From NCBI GenBank assembly GCA_051362555.1, contig CM120642.1, positions 7,130,001-7,194,000 on the forward strand: a DNA stretch of 64,000 bases. Reading direction: 5' to 3'. The notes beneath the pieces were generated by a model that was given only the letters and a program-made list of their open reading frames with translations, searched no databases and was not told the origin of the DNA. This document shows, in pieces, positions 63,639 to 64,000 of the stretch (positions within the stretch are counted from its first letter, which is position 1; every line of letters begins with the position of its first letter). The position numbers and the translations under genes are program-made. The DNA comes from Lingula anatina (Eukaryota > Animalia > Brachiopoda).

Positions 63639-63770
63639 CTGGGTCATGCCTCCATAAAAACACAAGGCATGAGGAAGCTGAGGGCATAAGAATTTGAAAG
63701 TTCGGCAAATCACGCCTAATGTTGACGTGGATCGTGATCTTGTCCGTGTCACTGGCTTCTTCGACATCAT
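63639..63770 (-). CDS. DLC1: Candidate alternative first coding exon (phase 0): MMSKKPVTRTRSRSTSTLGVICRTFKFLCPQLPHALCFYGGMTQ
   Basis: aaaATG, exactly 44 codons, donor CAG|gtaagg, CpG-rich, followed by an intronic (TG)n tract. Phase fits the 37-nt exon. Confidence 0.65.
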
Positions 63771-64000
63771 TTTTGAATAACTTTTGCAACAGGATTTCTG
63801 TTTTCAATATTCAAAAATCCCAATGAAAACAAGTAATCTGCACTCTATTTTAAGAGTTCTAACTGTCATTAAAATAACTGATGCAAGCAATTATCTCCAA
63901 CTGCTGTTCATTCACATTAAAAAAATTATAGGAATTTCCATCAATCAATCATCATCATCAGAAGTTGTTTTTCTCATATTGTCAAAGAAACAATTGTGTA

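Overview
AT-rich, CpG-depleted, microsatellite-rich animal DNA, probably from an invertebrate bilaterian. It is not prokaryotic: I see no operons, CRISPR arrays or RNA genes, and nearly all ORFs in the supplied track are noise. The window is the 5' part of one large minus-strand gene, a DLC1/STARD13/STARD8 (Drosophila crossveinless-c) family RhoGAP. Two constant SAM-domain exons (5004-5075 and 1440-1521) encode EIEAVEACRWLKAAGFPQYAQMYE|DLQFPIDVDSAEQDHDFLDRDSIQSLFR; the RhoGAP and START exons would lie left of position 1. The remaining ~59 kb holds an array of short candidate alternative first exons (ATG to a strong GT donor). Some end in phase 1 and can join the SAM exon directly. Others end in phase 0 and need one of two predicted phase 0->1 adaptor micro-exons (37 nt and 25 nt). 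Several predicted N-termini carry lipidation-like signals (Gly2, Cys clusters). The introns contain MITEs (PIF/Harbinger-like, Tc1/mariner-like, hAT-like), small tandem duplications, SSRs and candidate regulatory motifs (CTCF, RFX X-box, Pbx/Meis, DR5/DR3, CRE). All splice models were read by eye and need RNA evidence.
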